Shown in pieces: positions 18,544 through 28,187 of a stretch of 32,835 bases of DNA. The position numbers and the translations under genes are program-made. The stretch covers positions 1-32,835 of the forward strand of contig JAEEUD010000001.1 of NCBI GenBank assembly GCA_016286835.1, written 5' to 3'. The notes under the pieces were generated by a model that made no database searches, had not been told where the DNA came from, and saw nothing but the letters and a program-made list of their open reading frames with translations. This stretch comes from Pyramidobacter sp. (GTDB lineage: Bacteria > Synergistota > Synergistia > Synergistales > Dethiosulfovibrionaceae). Each line of letters starts with the position of its first letter. Within the stretch, counting starts at the first letter, position 1.

Positions 18544-19441
18544 CAGCAAAGAACAGCGTTTTACTTCTGTCGCGCCTGATAAGAAAGAGCAGCGACAAAT
18601 TAACGATCGACCGCGGCCGGTACGTGTCGCAAAAGACAAAACAGGACAGGCAGTCAGTCGTATGCAGAGTCGCACTGAAAAACTGCCTGACAACGACGTC
18701 TGCTGGGGACGCAATCCTGTCCTCACGCTTTTGCAAAACCGACCTGAATTGTGTCGCAACGTTCTGCTCGCCGAGGGTGCGTCCGACGATTTTCGCGGCA
18801 TGGTCGCGCAGCTGTGCGCTGACTGTGACGTAAGTCTCTCGTTCGTCCGGCGCGACGAACTCGACCGAATGAGCGGAGGCGCGGTCCATCAGGGTGTGGT
18901 TGCTCGCATGAAGCCGGTCCCGTCGGCGGATCTTAATGAGATCGCGGATTCGGTGCCGTCGGATGCACCCGCTCTGATCGTCCTGCTCGATCATTGCCAG
19001 GATCCTCATAATCTCGGCGCTGTCATCCGTACAGCCGAGATCGCAGGAGCCCTCTGTGTGGTCACGCAAAATGATCGCTCTGCAACCGTCAGCGGCACTG
19101 TCGTTAAAACCAGTGCAGGCGCTGCTTTTCGTCTTCCTGTCGCGCAGGTCGTCAATGTCAGCCGCGCGCTTGCCTCGCTGAAAGATAAGGGGTTCTGGGT
19201 CGTCGGTCTCGACCACAAGACAACAGAGACGATATGGAGCGCGCCTCTGCCGGAAAGGCTTGTCCTCGTCGTTGGTTCGGAGGGGGAGGGCATATCCGCA
19301 CTTACAGCTAAAAACTGTGACAAACTTGTAAAGATCCCCATGGCCGGAAAAACGGGTAATCTCAACGCCAGCGTCGCTGCTGCCCTCGGCATGTTCGAGT
19401 GGGCGCGCATCAATGGCTGCGGTAAAGAAATGAGCAAATAA
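18521..19441 (+). CDS. rlmB: 23S rRNA Gm2251 2'-O-methyltransferase (SPOUT/TrmH family)
   Basis: GRNPV, HQGVVA, LD..QDPHNLGAVIRTA, VGSEGEGI, IPMAG...LNASVA. Confidence 0.9.
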   Translation: MPRAGRNNSKEQRFTSVAPDKKEQRQINDRPRPVRVAKDKTGQAVSRMQSRTEKLPDNDVCWGRNPVLTLLQNRPELCRNVLLAEGASDDFRGMVAQLCADCDVSLSFVRRDELDRMSGGAVHQGVVARMKPVPSADLNEIADSVPSDAPALIVLLDHCQDPHNLGAVIRTAEIAGALCVVTQNDRSATVSGTVVKTSAGAAFRLPVAQVVNVSRALASLKDKGFWVVGLDHKTTETIWSAPLPERLVLVVGSEGEGISALTAKNCDKLVKIPMAGKTGNLNASVAAALGMFEWARINGCGKEMSK

Positions 19442-19461
19442 TCTTTGAGGAGGTCTCTAAA

Positions 19462-20283
19462 ATGGATGTTAAATCGCTTCGCCCCATTATCGTAGGCGGC
19501 GGCAACCTTGGCGGTTCTGTCGCGCGAGGACTGAAACGTGCCGGCGTTCGCCCAATCGTTGTGCAGATTCGAGAGCCGAATTTTGACAAGCTTGTTGCCG
19601 ATGGAATCGAAACGTATGAGACGCTGGCAGAGGCGCTGCCGCTCGCAAGCGGACCGATCTTCATCGCGCTCAAGCCCTGGCTCATGCAGCCCTGGTGCTC
19701 TGAACACAGCGCAGCTCTTGCAGAACGCACGGTCGTTTCTTGTGCGGCGCTCGTCGAATTGGAATTGCTTAAAAAAGCGGCTCCTCTCGCTCATTGGGGG
19801 CGGATCATGACCAACATCGCCTCTGCCGTCGGAGCAGGATTTACCGGGGTTGCGCGCGGTGATCTTGATAATGACGAGACGGAAACTGTTGTGGGATTGT
19901 GCCGCACATTCGGCGACGCTATGCTCGTGAGCGAAAAAGATCTCGACGGCGTGATCTGTCTCTCCGGTTCTGCCATTGCTTATGTCTTTGAATTGCTTGA
20001 AGGCTTTATCCAAGGAGGGCTTGCAGTTGGCATGAAAGGCGATGTCTCGCTTCGCGCCGGGATCGCGACGCTTAAAGGCGCGGCTGAGCTGGCGGCTTTG
20101 CGGGGAGACCACCCTGCGGTGCTCAAAGATGCCGTCTGCACTCCTGGCGGGACGACGATCGCTGGGTGCAGAGAGTTGCAAAAGCTTGGTTTCAAGAGTG
20201 CTTTTATCGAAGCACTGATTGCCACGGCCGAAAAGACGAAAGCGGGAACTGAAGCATTTAACAAAGCTGCCGGCAAGGCGTAA
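19462..20283 (+). CDS. proC: Pyrroline-5-carboxylate reductase
   Basis: GGGNLG Rossmann motif, RIMTN, LSGSA.AY, HPAVLKDAVCTPGGTTIAG. Confidence 0.92.
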   Translation: MDVKSLRPIIVGGGNLGGSVARGLKRAGVRPIVVQIREPNFDKLVADGIETYETLAEALPLASGPIFIALKPWLMQPWCSEHSAALAERTVVSCAALVELELLKKAAPLAHWGRIMTNIASAVGAGFTGVARGDLDNDETETVVGLCRTFGDAMLVSEKDLDGVICLSGSAIAYVFELLEGFIQGGLAVGMKGDVSLRAGIATLKGAAELAALRGDHPAVLKDAVCTPGGTTIAGCRELQKLGFKSAFIEALIATAEKTKAGTEAFNKAAGKA

Positions 20284-20365
20284 GCACATTTAAAAACGAG
20301 TGGAATCGAATTTTAAGCCCTTTATTTGTTATGGCACTCCTTCGAGCCCTTCCGCTATTTGCTAC

Positions 20366-20394
20366 TTGACAGGAAGCGAATGAAAAGGTAGAAT
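20366..20394 (+). promoter_or_regulatory. Sigma70-type promoter of tRNA-Val
   Basis: TTGACA (20366-20371), 17 nt, TAGAAT (20389-20394). Confidence 0.8.
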
Positions 20395-20417
20395 TCCATT
20401 TGTTGCGGTCACGCGAT

Positions 20418-20492
20418 GGGTGATTAGCTCAGAGGAAGAGCGCTTCCCTGACACGGAAGAGGTCACAAGTTCGATTCTTGTATCACCCACCA
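20418..20492 (+). tRNA. tRNA-Val (anticodon GAC)
   Basis: GGGTGAT/ATCACCC acceptor stem, anticodon arm CTTCC-CTGACAC-GGAAG, GTTCGATTC T-loop, CCA end. Confidence 0.97.
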
Positions 20493-20502
20493 TGAATTAT
20501 TT

Positions 20503-20529
20503 GAGCACTCGTTTTGAGTGCTCTTTTTT
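20503..20529 (+). terminator. Intrinsic terminator after tRNA-Val
   Basis: GAGCACTC-gtttt-GAGTGCTC followed by T6. Confidence 0.85.
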
Positions 20530-20653
20530 ATTAGTTTGAAGAATCTATTGAATATCTTCTTTGATGATAATAAAATAAATCTAAATTATGAGGAATGGCA
20601 AAAAGCCGTTGTAATTTTTTGCAAAATGGGTTAGACTACGGACGGTGAGAAAA

Positions 20654-21028
20654 ATGATAGCGGGAGTTGGGCTTGATCTCTGCAACGTCGAACGGATGAA
20701 ACACGCTTGCGAATCTGAAGCGTTTTGTCGTAAAGTTTATACCGAACGCGAACTTGCCTACGCTGCTGAACGTGCGCGACGTGCGGAGACGCTCGCAGGA
20801 ATGTTTGCAGCTAAAGAAGCTTTTGCAAAAGCAACGGGGCTGGGTATTTCACGCATTGGGTTAAAGAGTGTCGAAGTTGTTCATGGTCCTGAGGGCAAAC
20901 CTACGTTGTTCATCGCGGAGGGCTGTCCGTTGCCCGATTATCTGCGAAAATCCCGCCTTTTTCTTTCGATTTCTCACGATGCCGGCATCGCTGCAGCTGT
21001 CGTTGTGATCGAAACGGAAGGGGAATAG
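20654..21028 (+). CDS. acpS: Holo-[acyl-carrier-protein] synthase
   Basis: GVGLDL, T.RE, AGMFAAKEAFAKA.G.G, GKP, LSISHD. Confidence 0.95.
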   Translation: MIAGVGLDLCNVERMKHACESEAFCRKVYTERELAYAAERARRAETLAGMFAAKEAFAKATGLGISRIGLKSVEVVHGPEGKPTLFIAEGCPLPDYLRKSRLFLSISHDAGIAAAVVVIETEGE

Positions 21029-21031
21029 ACG

Positions 21032-22513
21032 ATGGTTCCGTGGTATTCGACGGCTGCTGTTCGTTCTCTGGATGAACAGCTTGTAGAGTTGGGCGTTCAT
21101 GGCCTCGAACTTATGGAACGCGTTGGCAACGGTATCGCCTCTTTTGTACTCGATCGTCTTTCTCCAAAAAGCGTCCTCATCCTTGCGGGGGCCGGAAACA
21201 ATGGAGGCGACGGATTCGTCATAGCTCGCCTTCTTGCAGAGAACAACGTGCCCGTATGCGTTGTTCTCAGTCATCCGCAGTCCCGCTCGACCGGCAATGC
21301 TGCGATCAATCTGCAACGTCTCAGCGAATCTGTGCGTGTCATAGAAAGCATCTCTTTGACGGACGAGCAGTTGGATTCGCTGTTTTCTTCTTATGAACTC
21401 GTTGTCGATGCTTTGCTCGGAACTGGCATCTGCGGCGAACCTCGCGGAGAAACAGCGCGTCTGATTTCAGCATTGAACAAGGCTCGCAGTGGAAAGAGCG
21501 TTTTGGCTGTCGACGTGCCGAGTGGTGTTGAAAGCCCGCGGGCTGTTGAGGCAAGCTGGACATGTACTGCCGCTGCACGCAAAATCCCGTGTGCAACCGG
21601 GCATGGCTCTGCGGTCAGTGGTGAGATTGTTCCGATCATCCTTGATGAACGTGCAGAATCTCTTTTAGGCGTGCCTTATGCTTTAGAGTTGGAAAAGCGT
21701 GATGTTTGCGAATTTATGCCGAAACATCAGACTGACGATCATAAAGGAAGCCGCGGCGGGGTGCTCATCGTTGCCGGCTCTGAACGGTATAAAGGAGCGG
21801 CCGTGCTGGCTGCACGCGGTGCTTTGCGCGCTGGGGCTGGCCTTGTTGTTCTGGCTTCAACTGCAAAAGTTTGCGATGCATTGCCTGTTGTACTGCCGGA
21901 ATGTATCGCAGAGCCTCTGGACAACACTGAGAAGCTGTGCGATGTGATTGCCCGCTGGCAAAATCGTTGCCAGGCTCTTGTCATCGGTCCGGGACTTGAC
22001 CGCGACGAGCGCGCGAGAGAGCTTTGCCGGATCGCCGCGGCTTGGAATGCCGTGTCTCTATGGGATGGCGACGGGCTGTATTGGCTGGCCCAGGATTCGC
22101 TTGCTCCTGTGGCTTGCTGTCTGACGCCCCATGAAGGCGAGGCAGCACGGCTACTGCACATCGAGAAGCTTACATGCAATCGTTTTGAATCCGCTTTGCA
22201 GATCGCCGAAAACGGGAGAACAGTATTGCTGAAAGGGTATCGTTCGATCATCGCAGAATGCGGGCAATTGCCTTTGATCATTCCGCGTGGCGATCGTACG
22301 CTTTCCATCCCCGGCTCCGGCGATGTGCTCTCAGGCGTGTGCGGCGCGTTTCTTGCCGCAGGTTTAACACGCCGTAATGCACTCGCACTCGGCGCATGGT
22401 GCCATGGTTCTGCCGGGGAGCGTCTGGGCCGTGAAAAAGGTCTTGACGGCGTGCTGGCCAGTGAAGTTGCGGACATGATCCCGAAGGTTTTGAAAGAGCT
22501 GGGACAGATATGA
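21032..22513 (+). CDS. nnr: Bifunctional NAD(P)H-hydrate epimerase/dehydratase (NnrE-NnrD, YjeF)
   Basis: LME, GAGNNGGDG, VDALLGTG, AVDVPSG; then HKGSRG, GAGLV, IGPGL, LTPHEGE, LLKG, GSGDVLSG. Confidence 0.94.
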   Translation: MVPWYSTAAVRSLDEQLVELGVHGLELMERVGNGIASFVLDRLSPKSVLILAGAGNNGGDGFVIARLLAENNVPVCVVLSHPQSRSTGNAAINLQRLSESVRVIESISLTDEQLDSLFSSYELVVDALLGTGICGEPRGETARLISALNKARSGKSVLAVDVPSGVESPRAVEASWTCTAAARKIPCATGHGSAVSGEIVPIILDERAESLLGVPYALELEKRDVCEFMPKHQTDDHKGSRGGVLIVAGSERYKGAAVLAARGALRAGAGLVVLASTAKVCDALPVVLPECIAEPLDNTEKLCDVIARWQNRCQALVIGPGLDRDERARELCRIAAAWNAVSLWDGDGLYWLAQDSLAPVACCLTPHEGEAARLLHIEKLTCNRFESALQIAENGRTVLLKGYRSIIAECGQLPLIIPRGDRTLSIPGSGDVLSGVCGAFLAAGLTRRNALALGAWCHGSAGERLGREKGLDGVLASEVADMIPKVLKELGQI

Positions 22514-22998
22514 TACAATTACAGCATAACTTGAGTGCTTTGACCCTGCTTCTTGACGATCTGAACGATACAGGCATGTTAGGGCAGAAGATTGCCTCTG
22601 TGTTGTCCCCGGGAATGACAATCCTTCTGGAAGGTGAGCTTGGCGCGGGAAAAACGACGCTGGTGCGTGAGATTTGCCGCGCGCTCGGCTGGAAACGCAC
22701 GTGCAGCCCTTCGTTTGCGCTCGTCAATGAATACGCACGGGCGCGGATTCCTGTTGCGCATGCTGACCTATATCGCATCGAGCACGCCGATTCCCGCGAT
22801 TTTGGACTCGACGAATATCTCGACGACGGCTGGATCCTTCTTATTGAATGGCCGGATCGTCTGGACAATTCGGATTTTCCGGATGTTTGGCGTTGTCAGA
22901 TCGCACATGGCAACGGTGAGTCCCGTTTGATCTCGTTTTCTGCGAAAGGGGAAAAAGCGGTGGATGCGTTGAAACGTCTGGAGAATTCTTTGAAATGA
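22510..22998 (+). CDS. tsaE: t6A tRNA modification ATPase TsaE
   Basis: LEGELGAGKTT, SPSFALVNEY, HADLYR, IEW. Confidence 0.95.
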   Translation: MIQLQHNLSALTLLLDDLNDTGMLGQKIASVLSPGMTILLEGELGAGKTTLVREICRALGWKRTCSPSFALVNEYARARIPVAHADLYRIEHADSRDFGLDEYLDDGWILLIEWPDRLDNSDFPDVWRCQIAHGNGESRLISFSAKGEKAVDALKRLENSLK

Positions 22999-23651
22999 AT
23001 GGTATAATTCTCTTAGCGATAGACTGCTCGAACCGCTGGACAAGCCTGGGACTTTCTGTGTCGGGGAGAGTGACTGGAGTCGATCTGGATCTTGGTCGAA
23101 AACAGGCTGCTGATCTTCCTGCCGAAGTTGAAAAGCTGCTGTTGCATGAAGGTATTACTCTCAGTCAACTGACACACATCGGAGTAACGGTCGGCCCCGG
23201 ATATTTTACCGGCCTTCGTATTGGTATGGCGTATGCTTCCGCACTGGCGATGGCGCTCGACATAAACGTGATTCCTCTAAGCAGTCTTGAAGCTGTCTTA
23301 TATGCCATACCAGAATATGCCGCGGGTGTGAAGGTCCCGCTGATAGCTGCTTCACGCGAACGGGTTTTCTCAGCGGCTTGGCGGGAAGGAATTCCTTTTC
23401 TGTCTGAGCGCGAACGATCCCGTGAGGAGCTTATGAGTGACCTCGGAGACACTGCGGAACAGGCGGAACTGTGGGCCGTGGATGACGCGCGCCTTTTTGC
23501 GACCGGTAGCAGGGGTGGAGTACATTTCCTGAGTTCTCCGAGCGGAGCCGCAATCGCCGAGTTGGCAGCAGAACGCGTCGAAAACAGTATAAAGCCGGAC
23601 AGCCTGAGAGCGCGCTATCTGCGCGAACCAGGACTTGGACGTTCTTTATAG
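22995..23651 (+). CDS. tsaB: t6A tRNA modification protein TsaB
   Basis: LAIDCS, GPGYFTGLRIG, SSLEA, C-terminal YLR. Confidence 0.92.
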   Translation: MNGIILLAIDCSNRWTSLGLSVSGRVTGVDLDLGRKQAADLPAEVEKLLLHEGITLSQLTHIGVTVGPGYFTGLRIGMAYASALAMALDINVIPLSSLEAVLYAIPEYAAGVKVPLIAASRERVFSAAWREGIPFLSERERSREELMSDLGDTAEQAELWAVDDARLFATGSRGGVHFLSSPSGAAIAELAAERVENSIKPDSLRARYLREPGLGRSL

Positions 23652-23700
23652 ATTTGCAGTATGGGGGAAGTTGTTTCTATCTTTTGTGGAGGTGAAGGTG

Positions 23701-23907
23701 TTGGCCAAGAAGTTTGAGGTGTCAATCAACAAGCCTTGGTGCAAGGGATGCAGCCTGTGCGTGCATGTCTGCCCCAAGAAAGTGCTCGAGCTGAACGAAC
23801 GAGTGAAGTGTGAGGCTGTGCGCCAAGAGGACTGCATCGGTTGCAGATCGTGCGAGAATATCTGCCCCGATCTTGCGATCACTGTGCGAGAGGAAGGGAC
23901 GAACTAA
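23701..23907 (+). CDS. 2x[4Fe-4S] ferredoxin (delta subunit of the 2-oxoacid oxidoreductase)
   Basis: CKGCSLCVHVCP and CIGCRSCENICP; GGAGG RBS; start TTG 23701 (or GTG 23698). Confidence 0.92.
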   Translation: MAKKFEVSINKPWCKGCSLCVHVCPKKVLELNERVKCEAVRQEDCIGCRSCENICPDLAITVREEGTN

Positions 23908-25043
23908 TGGCTGAGATCAAATTCTGGCAGGGCAATGAAGCGCTTGCGTTCGGCGCGCTGGCGGCGGGCTGCCGTTTCTACGCCGGCTATCCCATCACGC
24001 CTTCGACCGAAATCATGGAGACGATGGCTGTTGAGCTTCCCAAGGTGGGCGGCGTCTTCCAGCAAATGGAAGACGAGCTTGGTGCATGCGGCTGTGCGAT
24101 CGGCGCTTCTATTGCCGGCGTCAAGTCGATGACTGCCAGCTCCGGCCCCGGTTTCACGCTGAAGCAGGAAAATCTCGGTCTGGCTTATGAGGCCGAGATC
24201 CCGCTTGTCGTCGTCGATGTCATGCGCGGCGGCCCTTCCACGGGACTTCCCACGCAGGGCGCGCAGCAGGACGTCATGCAGGCCCGCTGGGGTACGCACG
24301 GCGACCACGGCACGATCGCTCTGGCTCCCGCTTCAGTGACGGAGTGCTATGAGTTGGCCGTCGAGGCGTTCAACCTGGCTGAGCGTTTCCGTCAGCCCGT
24401 CCTCATCATGAGCGACGCTGAGATCGGTCACATGAGAGAGAAGTTCGTCGTGCCGGATGCTGCTAACCTGAAGATCGTCAACCGCAAGAAGCCGACGGTT
24501 GATCCTAAGGATTTCGTGCCTTATCAGGCTGATCCCGAGGACGACGTTCCGCCGATGGCCGGTTTTGGCGACGGCTACCGCTGGCACGTGACGGGCCTGA
24601 CCCACAACGACTGGGGATTCCCCACGACCAATCCCGAAGCCATTGACAAGAAGATGCGCCGCCTGATGCGCAAGGTCGATCGCTTCCGCGACGATATTGT
24701 CAAGTACGACACGGTCGAAGCCGAAGACGCCGAGATCCTTGTCGTTTCCTACGGTAGTGTCTCCCGTTCGAGCATCCGCGCCGTTCGCGACGCTCGTGCC
24801 CGCGGCATCAAGGTGGGGCATTTCCGTCCCATCACGCTGTGGCCCTTTGCGGATAAGGAACTTGAGAAGCTGGCCCGCCACGTCAAGACGATCATCGTTC
24901 CTGAACTGAACTGCGGACAGATGGTGCTTGAGGTGGAGCGCGCCGTTCACGGCAAGGCCCGCGTCGTGCCGCTGAGCCGCGTTGACGGCGAGCTGTTCCA
25001 GCCCACCGAGATTTTTGACAAGATCGTTGAGGAGGCGAAGTAA
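23907..25043 (+). CDS. 2-oxoacid:ferredoxin oxidoreductase alpha subunit (KorA-like)
   Basis: QGNEA, YAGYPITPSTE, QMEDE, TASSGPG, RGGPSTGLPT, ELNCGQM; TAATG overlap with the ferredoxin gene. Confidence 0.94.
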   Translation: MAEIKFWQGNEALAFGALAAGCRFYAGYPITPSTEIMETMAVELPKVGGVFQQMEDELGACGCAIGASIAGVKSMTASSGPGFTLKQENLGLAYEAEIPLVVVDVMRGGPSTGLPTQGAQQDVMQARWGTHGDHGTIALAPASVTECYELAVEAFNLAERFRQPVLIMSDAEIGHMREKFVVPDAANLKIVNRKKPTVDPKDFVPYQADPEDDVPPMAGFGDGYRWHVTGLTHNDWGFPTTNPEAIDKKMRRLMRKVDRFRDDIVKYDTVEAEDAEILVVSYGSVSRSSIRAVRDARARGIKVGHFRPITLWPFADKELEKLARHVKTIIVPELNCGQMVLEVERAVHGKARVVPLSRVDGELFQPTEIFDKIVEEAK

Positions 25044-25045
25044 AG

Positions 25046-25864
25046 ATGCCCAGCAAAGAAGTTTTCGAGTGGATGCGGCCCCAGTTCTTCCCGCATATGT
25101 GGTGCCCCGGCTGCGGACATGGCATCATTCTGAACGCCTTGCTTCGCGCCGTCGTTGATCTTAAGCTTGATCCTACGCAGACCGTCTTCGCATCCGGTAT
25201 CGGCTGCTCCAGCCGCCTTCCCGGTTATGTCAACGCGAACACGCTGCACACCACGCATGGTCGTTCGCTGGCCTACGCCACCGGTATCAAGATGGCCAAG
25301 CCCCAGCTCACAGTCATCGACGTGATGGGCGACGGTGACTGCTCGGCTATCGGCGGAAACCACTTTATCCATGCCTGCCGCCGCAATATTGACATCACCG
25401 CCATCGTCATGAACAACAACATCTACGGCATGACCGGCGGTCAGATGTCGCCGACGACGCCCATCGGCGCTTATGCCAAAACGGCGCCCTACGGTGTGAC
25501 TGATCCTTCCTTCGACATCTGCAAGCTGGCTGCCGGCGCCGGCGCGACCTTTGTCGCCCGCACCTGCGTCGCCAACCCCCGCGATGTTGAAATGACCATC
25601 ACGAAGGCCATCAAGCATCACGGTTTCTCGGTTGTCGAAGTAGCCGGCTACTGCCACACTCAGTATGGCCGTTACAACAAACTGAAGACGCCCACCGTCA
25701 ACATCGACTTCCTGAAGCAGCACATCCTGCCGAAGGCGGTTGCTGACACCAAGACGCCCGAAGAGCTTCAGGGCAAGATCGTGACAGGCGTGTTCGTCGA
25801 TACGGAGCGCGCTGAGTACACCGATCAGTACAAGGCGCTCCTTGAGCGCGTCTGCGTCAAGTAG
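25046..25864 (+). CDS. 2-oxoacid:ferredoxin oxidoreductase beta (TPP-binding) subunit (KorB-like)
   Basis: WCPGCGHG, SGIGCSSR, HTTHGR, GDGD...IGGNH, NNNIYGMTGGQ.SPT. Confidence 0.95.
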   Translation: MPSKEVFEWMRPQFFPHMWCPGCGHGIILNALLRAVVDLKLDPTQTVFASGIGCSSRLPGYVNANTLHTTHGRSLAYATGIKMAKPQLTVIDVMGDGDCSAIGGNHFIHACRRNIDITAIVMNNNIYGMTGGQMSPTTPIGAYAKTAPYGVTDPSFDICKLAAGAGATFVARTCVANPRDVEMTITKAIKHHGFSVVEVAGYCHTQYGRYNKLKTPTVNIDFLKQHILPKAVADTKTPEELQGKIVTGVFVDTERAEYTDQYKALLERVCVK

Positions 25865-25876
25865 GAGGGAATCGTC

Positions 25877-26443
25877 ATGTCGAAACGTTTTGAAATCTGC
25901 CTTGCCGGTTCCGGCGGTCAGGGCGTCATCACCGCTGCCGTTATGGCAGGTGAAGCCGCTTCTATTTTCTGCGATAATCTTTATGCCGTCCAGACCCAGA
26001 GTTACGGCCCCGCTGCCCGTGGCGGCTCGGCCAAGGCCGAAGTTGTCATCTCCGACGAGCCGATCGACTATCCCAAGCCGGTCGCTCCGGATCTGATGAT
26101 TTGCCTTACCGGCGACGCCGCAGCGAAGTACGCTCGCGATGTTAAGGCCGGCGGCCGCTTGGTTCTTGACAGTTTCTCCGTCCAGGAAGTGCCGAACGTC
26201 GAGGCCAACATCTACCAGCTGCCGCTGATTGAGACGGCCCGCAACAAGGTCGGCAACGAGATCGTGACCAACATGGTCGCTCTCGGTATGGTCGCGCGCG
26301 TGCTTGAGCTTGAGGACGTCATGCAGCCCGAAGCAATGCGTAAGGCGATGCTTGACCGCGTTCCCAAGGGCACGGAAGAGCTGAACAAGAAGGCCTTTGA
26401 AGAAGGTTACAATATGTTCAAGGATACGCCTGCTCATATCTAA
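25877..26443 (+). CDS. 2-oxoacid:ferredoxin oxidoreductase gamma subunit (KorC-like)
   Basis: AGSGGQGVI, QSYGPAARGG, VVISDEPIDYP, NMVALG, N.KAFEEG. Confidence 0.94.
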   Translation: MSKRFEICLAGSGGQGVITAAVMAGEAASIFCDNLYAVQTQSYGPAARGGSAKAEVVISDEPIDYPKPVAPDLMICLTGDAAAKYARDVKAGGRLVLDSFSVQEVPNVEANIYQLPLIETARNKVGNEIVTNMVALGMVARVLELEDVMQPEAMRKAMLDRVPKGTEELNKKAFEEGYNMFKDTPAHI

Positions 26444-26459
26444 TAATTGCATTTAACAC

Positions 26460-26497
26460 AGAATCCCGTTCTCTATGTGGAGAGCGGGATTCTTTTT
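26460..26497 (+). terminator. Intrinsic terminator after the oxidoreductase operon
   Basis: agaatcccgttctc-tatgtg-gagagcgggattct followed by a T-run. Confidence 0.8.
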
Positions 26498-26551
26498 ATG
26501 AAAACGGAGTCTGTGATGATATAATACAAAGGAATCGAACGTACGGGAGGA

Positions 26552-27898
26552 ATGGTGATGGAACAAGTATTTGTCGACAGGGTAAATTCCGCCGGACAGG
26601 GGATCGGCAGGGTGAATGACGGACGTACGATCTTTATTGAAGGCGCGTTGCCCGGAGAACACGTTATTGCTGCTGTGCAGCAGGAGAAAAAGAATTATAT
26701 TAAGGCTCGTGTCGAGCGTGTGATTGAGGCAAATTCCCAACGGCGTGAGCCTCCTTGCAAGTGGTATCGCTCTTGCGGCGGCTGTCAGCTCCAGCATGCG
26801 GATTATGAATTGCAGTGCAGGATTAAATCCATGCTCACCTCGGATGCACTGCGCAGGATCGGCGGATTTGATCTTGACGGTGAAATTCCTTGCGTGCCGT
26901 CGAAGAACGAATGGCGTTATCGTAATAAAGCGTCGTTTCCTGTTCGTTCGCGTGGGACAAATGGGACGATCGGTTTTTTTAAAAACGGTTCGCACGAAAT
27001 TGTCCCGATCGACCGCTGTCCTGTCATCGGCGACAGAGCGAATAAAATGTACGCTACCATTAAGTACATGATTGAACACGGACAGTTCTGCTGCTACGAT
27101 GAAAAGAAAAACATCGGCTGGCTGCGACACGTGATCATCCGCAGTGCGCGGGATTGTGAAGAGTTGCTTCTTGTGCTTGTCGTTGCGGCTAAACCGCAGG
27201 GAGAGGCTCTGTCGTCCCTTGAAGACCTTTATGACCATTTGAAAGCGTCGTTTCCCGAACTGCGAGGATTGGTCCTGAACATCAATCCGGACGAGGGCAA
27301 TGTGATCGTCGGAAAGGAGACAATGCTCGTCAAAGGCGAGGATCTCCTGACAGAACGTCTTGGCCGCTATGAGCTGGATTATGACGGCACATCATTCTTC
27401 CAGGCCAATGCGGCTCAGGCGTCGGAGATGTTTGAATATGCGGCTTCGCTCGTTGAAGGTCAGAACTTACTTGAACTTTATTGCGGCGTCGGCGCGCTGA
27501 CCGTTTTTCTGGCGCGGAAAGCCGCGCATATCAAGGCAGTAGAGATTTGGCCTTCGGCAGTTGAACTGGCCCGCAAAAACGGTAAGTTCAACGTGATCGA
27601 AGATCTTGAAGTCCTTGAGGGGGCAGCCGAAAGACTTGACCTGCCTGAATTGCTGAAAGGCATCGACTGCGTCGTTGTCGATCCGCCGCGAACCGGCTGT
27701 GAAAAAAGCGTGATCGAAGCGATCGCATCCAGCACCGTTAAGCGCGTCCTGTATGTGTCATGTAATCCCGCTACGCTCGCCCGCGACGCAGCCTTGCTGC
27801 GCGACGCAGGTTTCATGCTCGATACGAAGAGCCTGAAAGTCTTCGACATGTTTCCGCAGACTTGCCATGTCGAGACGGTAGCACTCCTGATGCGGTGA
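26552..27898 (+). CDS. rlmD: 23S rRNA m5U1939 methyltransferase RlmD (RumA/TrmA family)
   Basis: GALPGE TRAM region, C-x5-CGGCQLQH Fe-S motif, YRNK, SFFQ.N, LYCGVG, VDPPRTG, YVSCNPATLARD, DMFPQT.HVE; extended -10 TGaTATAAT at 26517-26525. Confidence 0.94.
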   Translation: MVMEQVFVDRVNSAGQGIGRVNDGRTIFIEGALPGEHVIAAVQQEKKNYIKARVERVIEANSQRREPPCKWYRSCGGCQLQHADYELQCRIKSMLTSDALRRIGGFDLDGEIPCVPSKNEWRYRNKASFPVRSRGTNGTIGFFKNGSHEIVPIDRCPVIGDRANKMYATIKYMIEHGQFCCYDEKKNIGWLRHVIIRSARDCEELLLVLVVAAKPQGEALSSLEDLYDHLKASFPELRGLVLNINPDEGNVIVGKETMLVKGEDLLTERLGRYELDYDGTSFFQANAAQASEMFEYAASLVEGQNLLELYCGVGALTVFLARKAAHIKAVEIWPSAVELARKNGKFNVIEDLEVLEGAAERLDLPELLKGIDCVVVDPPRTGCEKSVIEAIASSTVKRVLYVSCNPATLARDAALLRDAGFMLDTKSLKVFDMFPQTCHVETVALLMR

Positions 27899-28000
27899 GT
27901 TTCTCGTGGTGCAAGTAAATAGAGTATATGCTGGTTGTCAGAAAATGTCGTTTTTGCTTTGGAACGACGGTAAGCATTGAAAGTTCATTCTGTCGGCCTC

Positions 28001-28029
28001 TTGCACAAAAAAACAGTCGGGCGTATAAT
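28001..28029 (+). promoter_or_regulatory. Sigma70-type promoter of tRNA-Gly
   Basis: TTGCAC (28001-28006), 17 nt, TATAAT (28024-28029). Confidence 0.75.
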
Positions 28030-28040
28030 ACTTACGTTTT

Positions 28041-28116
28041 GCGGGTGTAGCTCAGTTGGTAGAGCATCAGCTTCCCAAGCTGAGGGTCGCGGGTTCGAGC
28101 CTCGTCACCCGCTCCA
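28041..28116 (+). tRNA. tRNA-Gly (anticodon CCC)
   Basis: GCGGGTG/CACCCGC acceptor stem, anticodon arm TCAGC-TTCCCAA-GCTGA, GTTCGAGC T-loop, TCCA end. Confidence 0.97.
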
Positions 28117-28139
28117 ATTTATGATTAAACCCATTTTTG

Positions 28140-28187
28140 AATCGGCGCAAAGCCCTGAAATTACAGGCTTTGCGCCGATTTTGTTTT
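28140..28187 (+). terminator. Long hairpin/terminator after tRNA-Gly
   Basis: aatcggcgcaaagcc-ctgaaattaca-ggctttgcgccgatt (15-bp inverted repeat) followed by ttgtttt. Confidence 0.75.

Noticed and set aside
24947-26452. Long antisense ORFs (501 aa here; also 446-1405, 11649-12968, 14034-15599, 19006-20289)
   Set aside because: They are shadows of well-supported + strand genes with biased codon usage and show no motifs.
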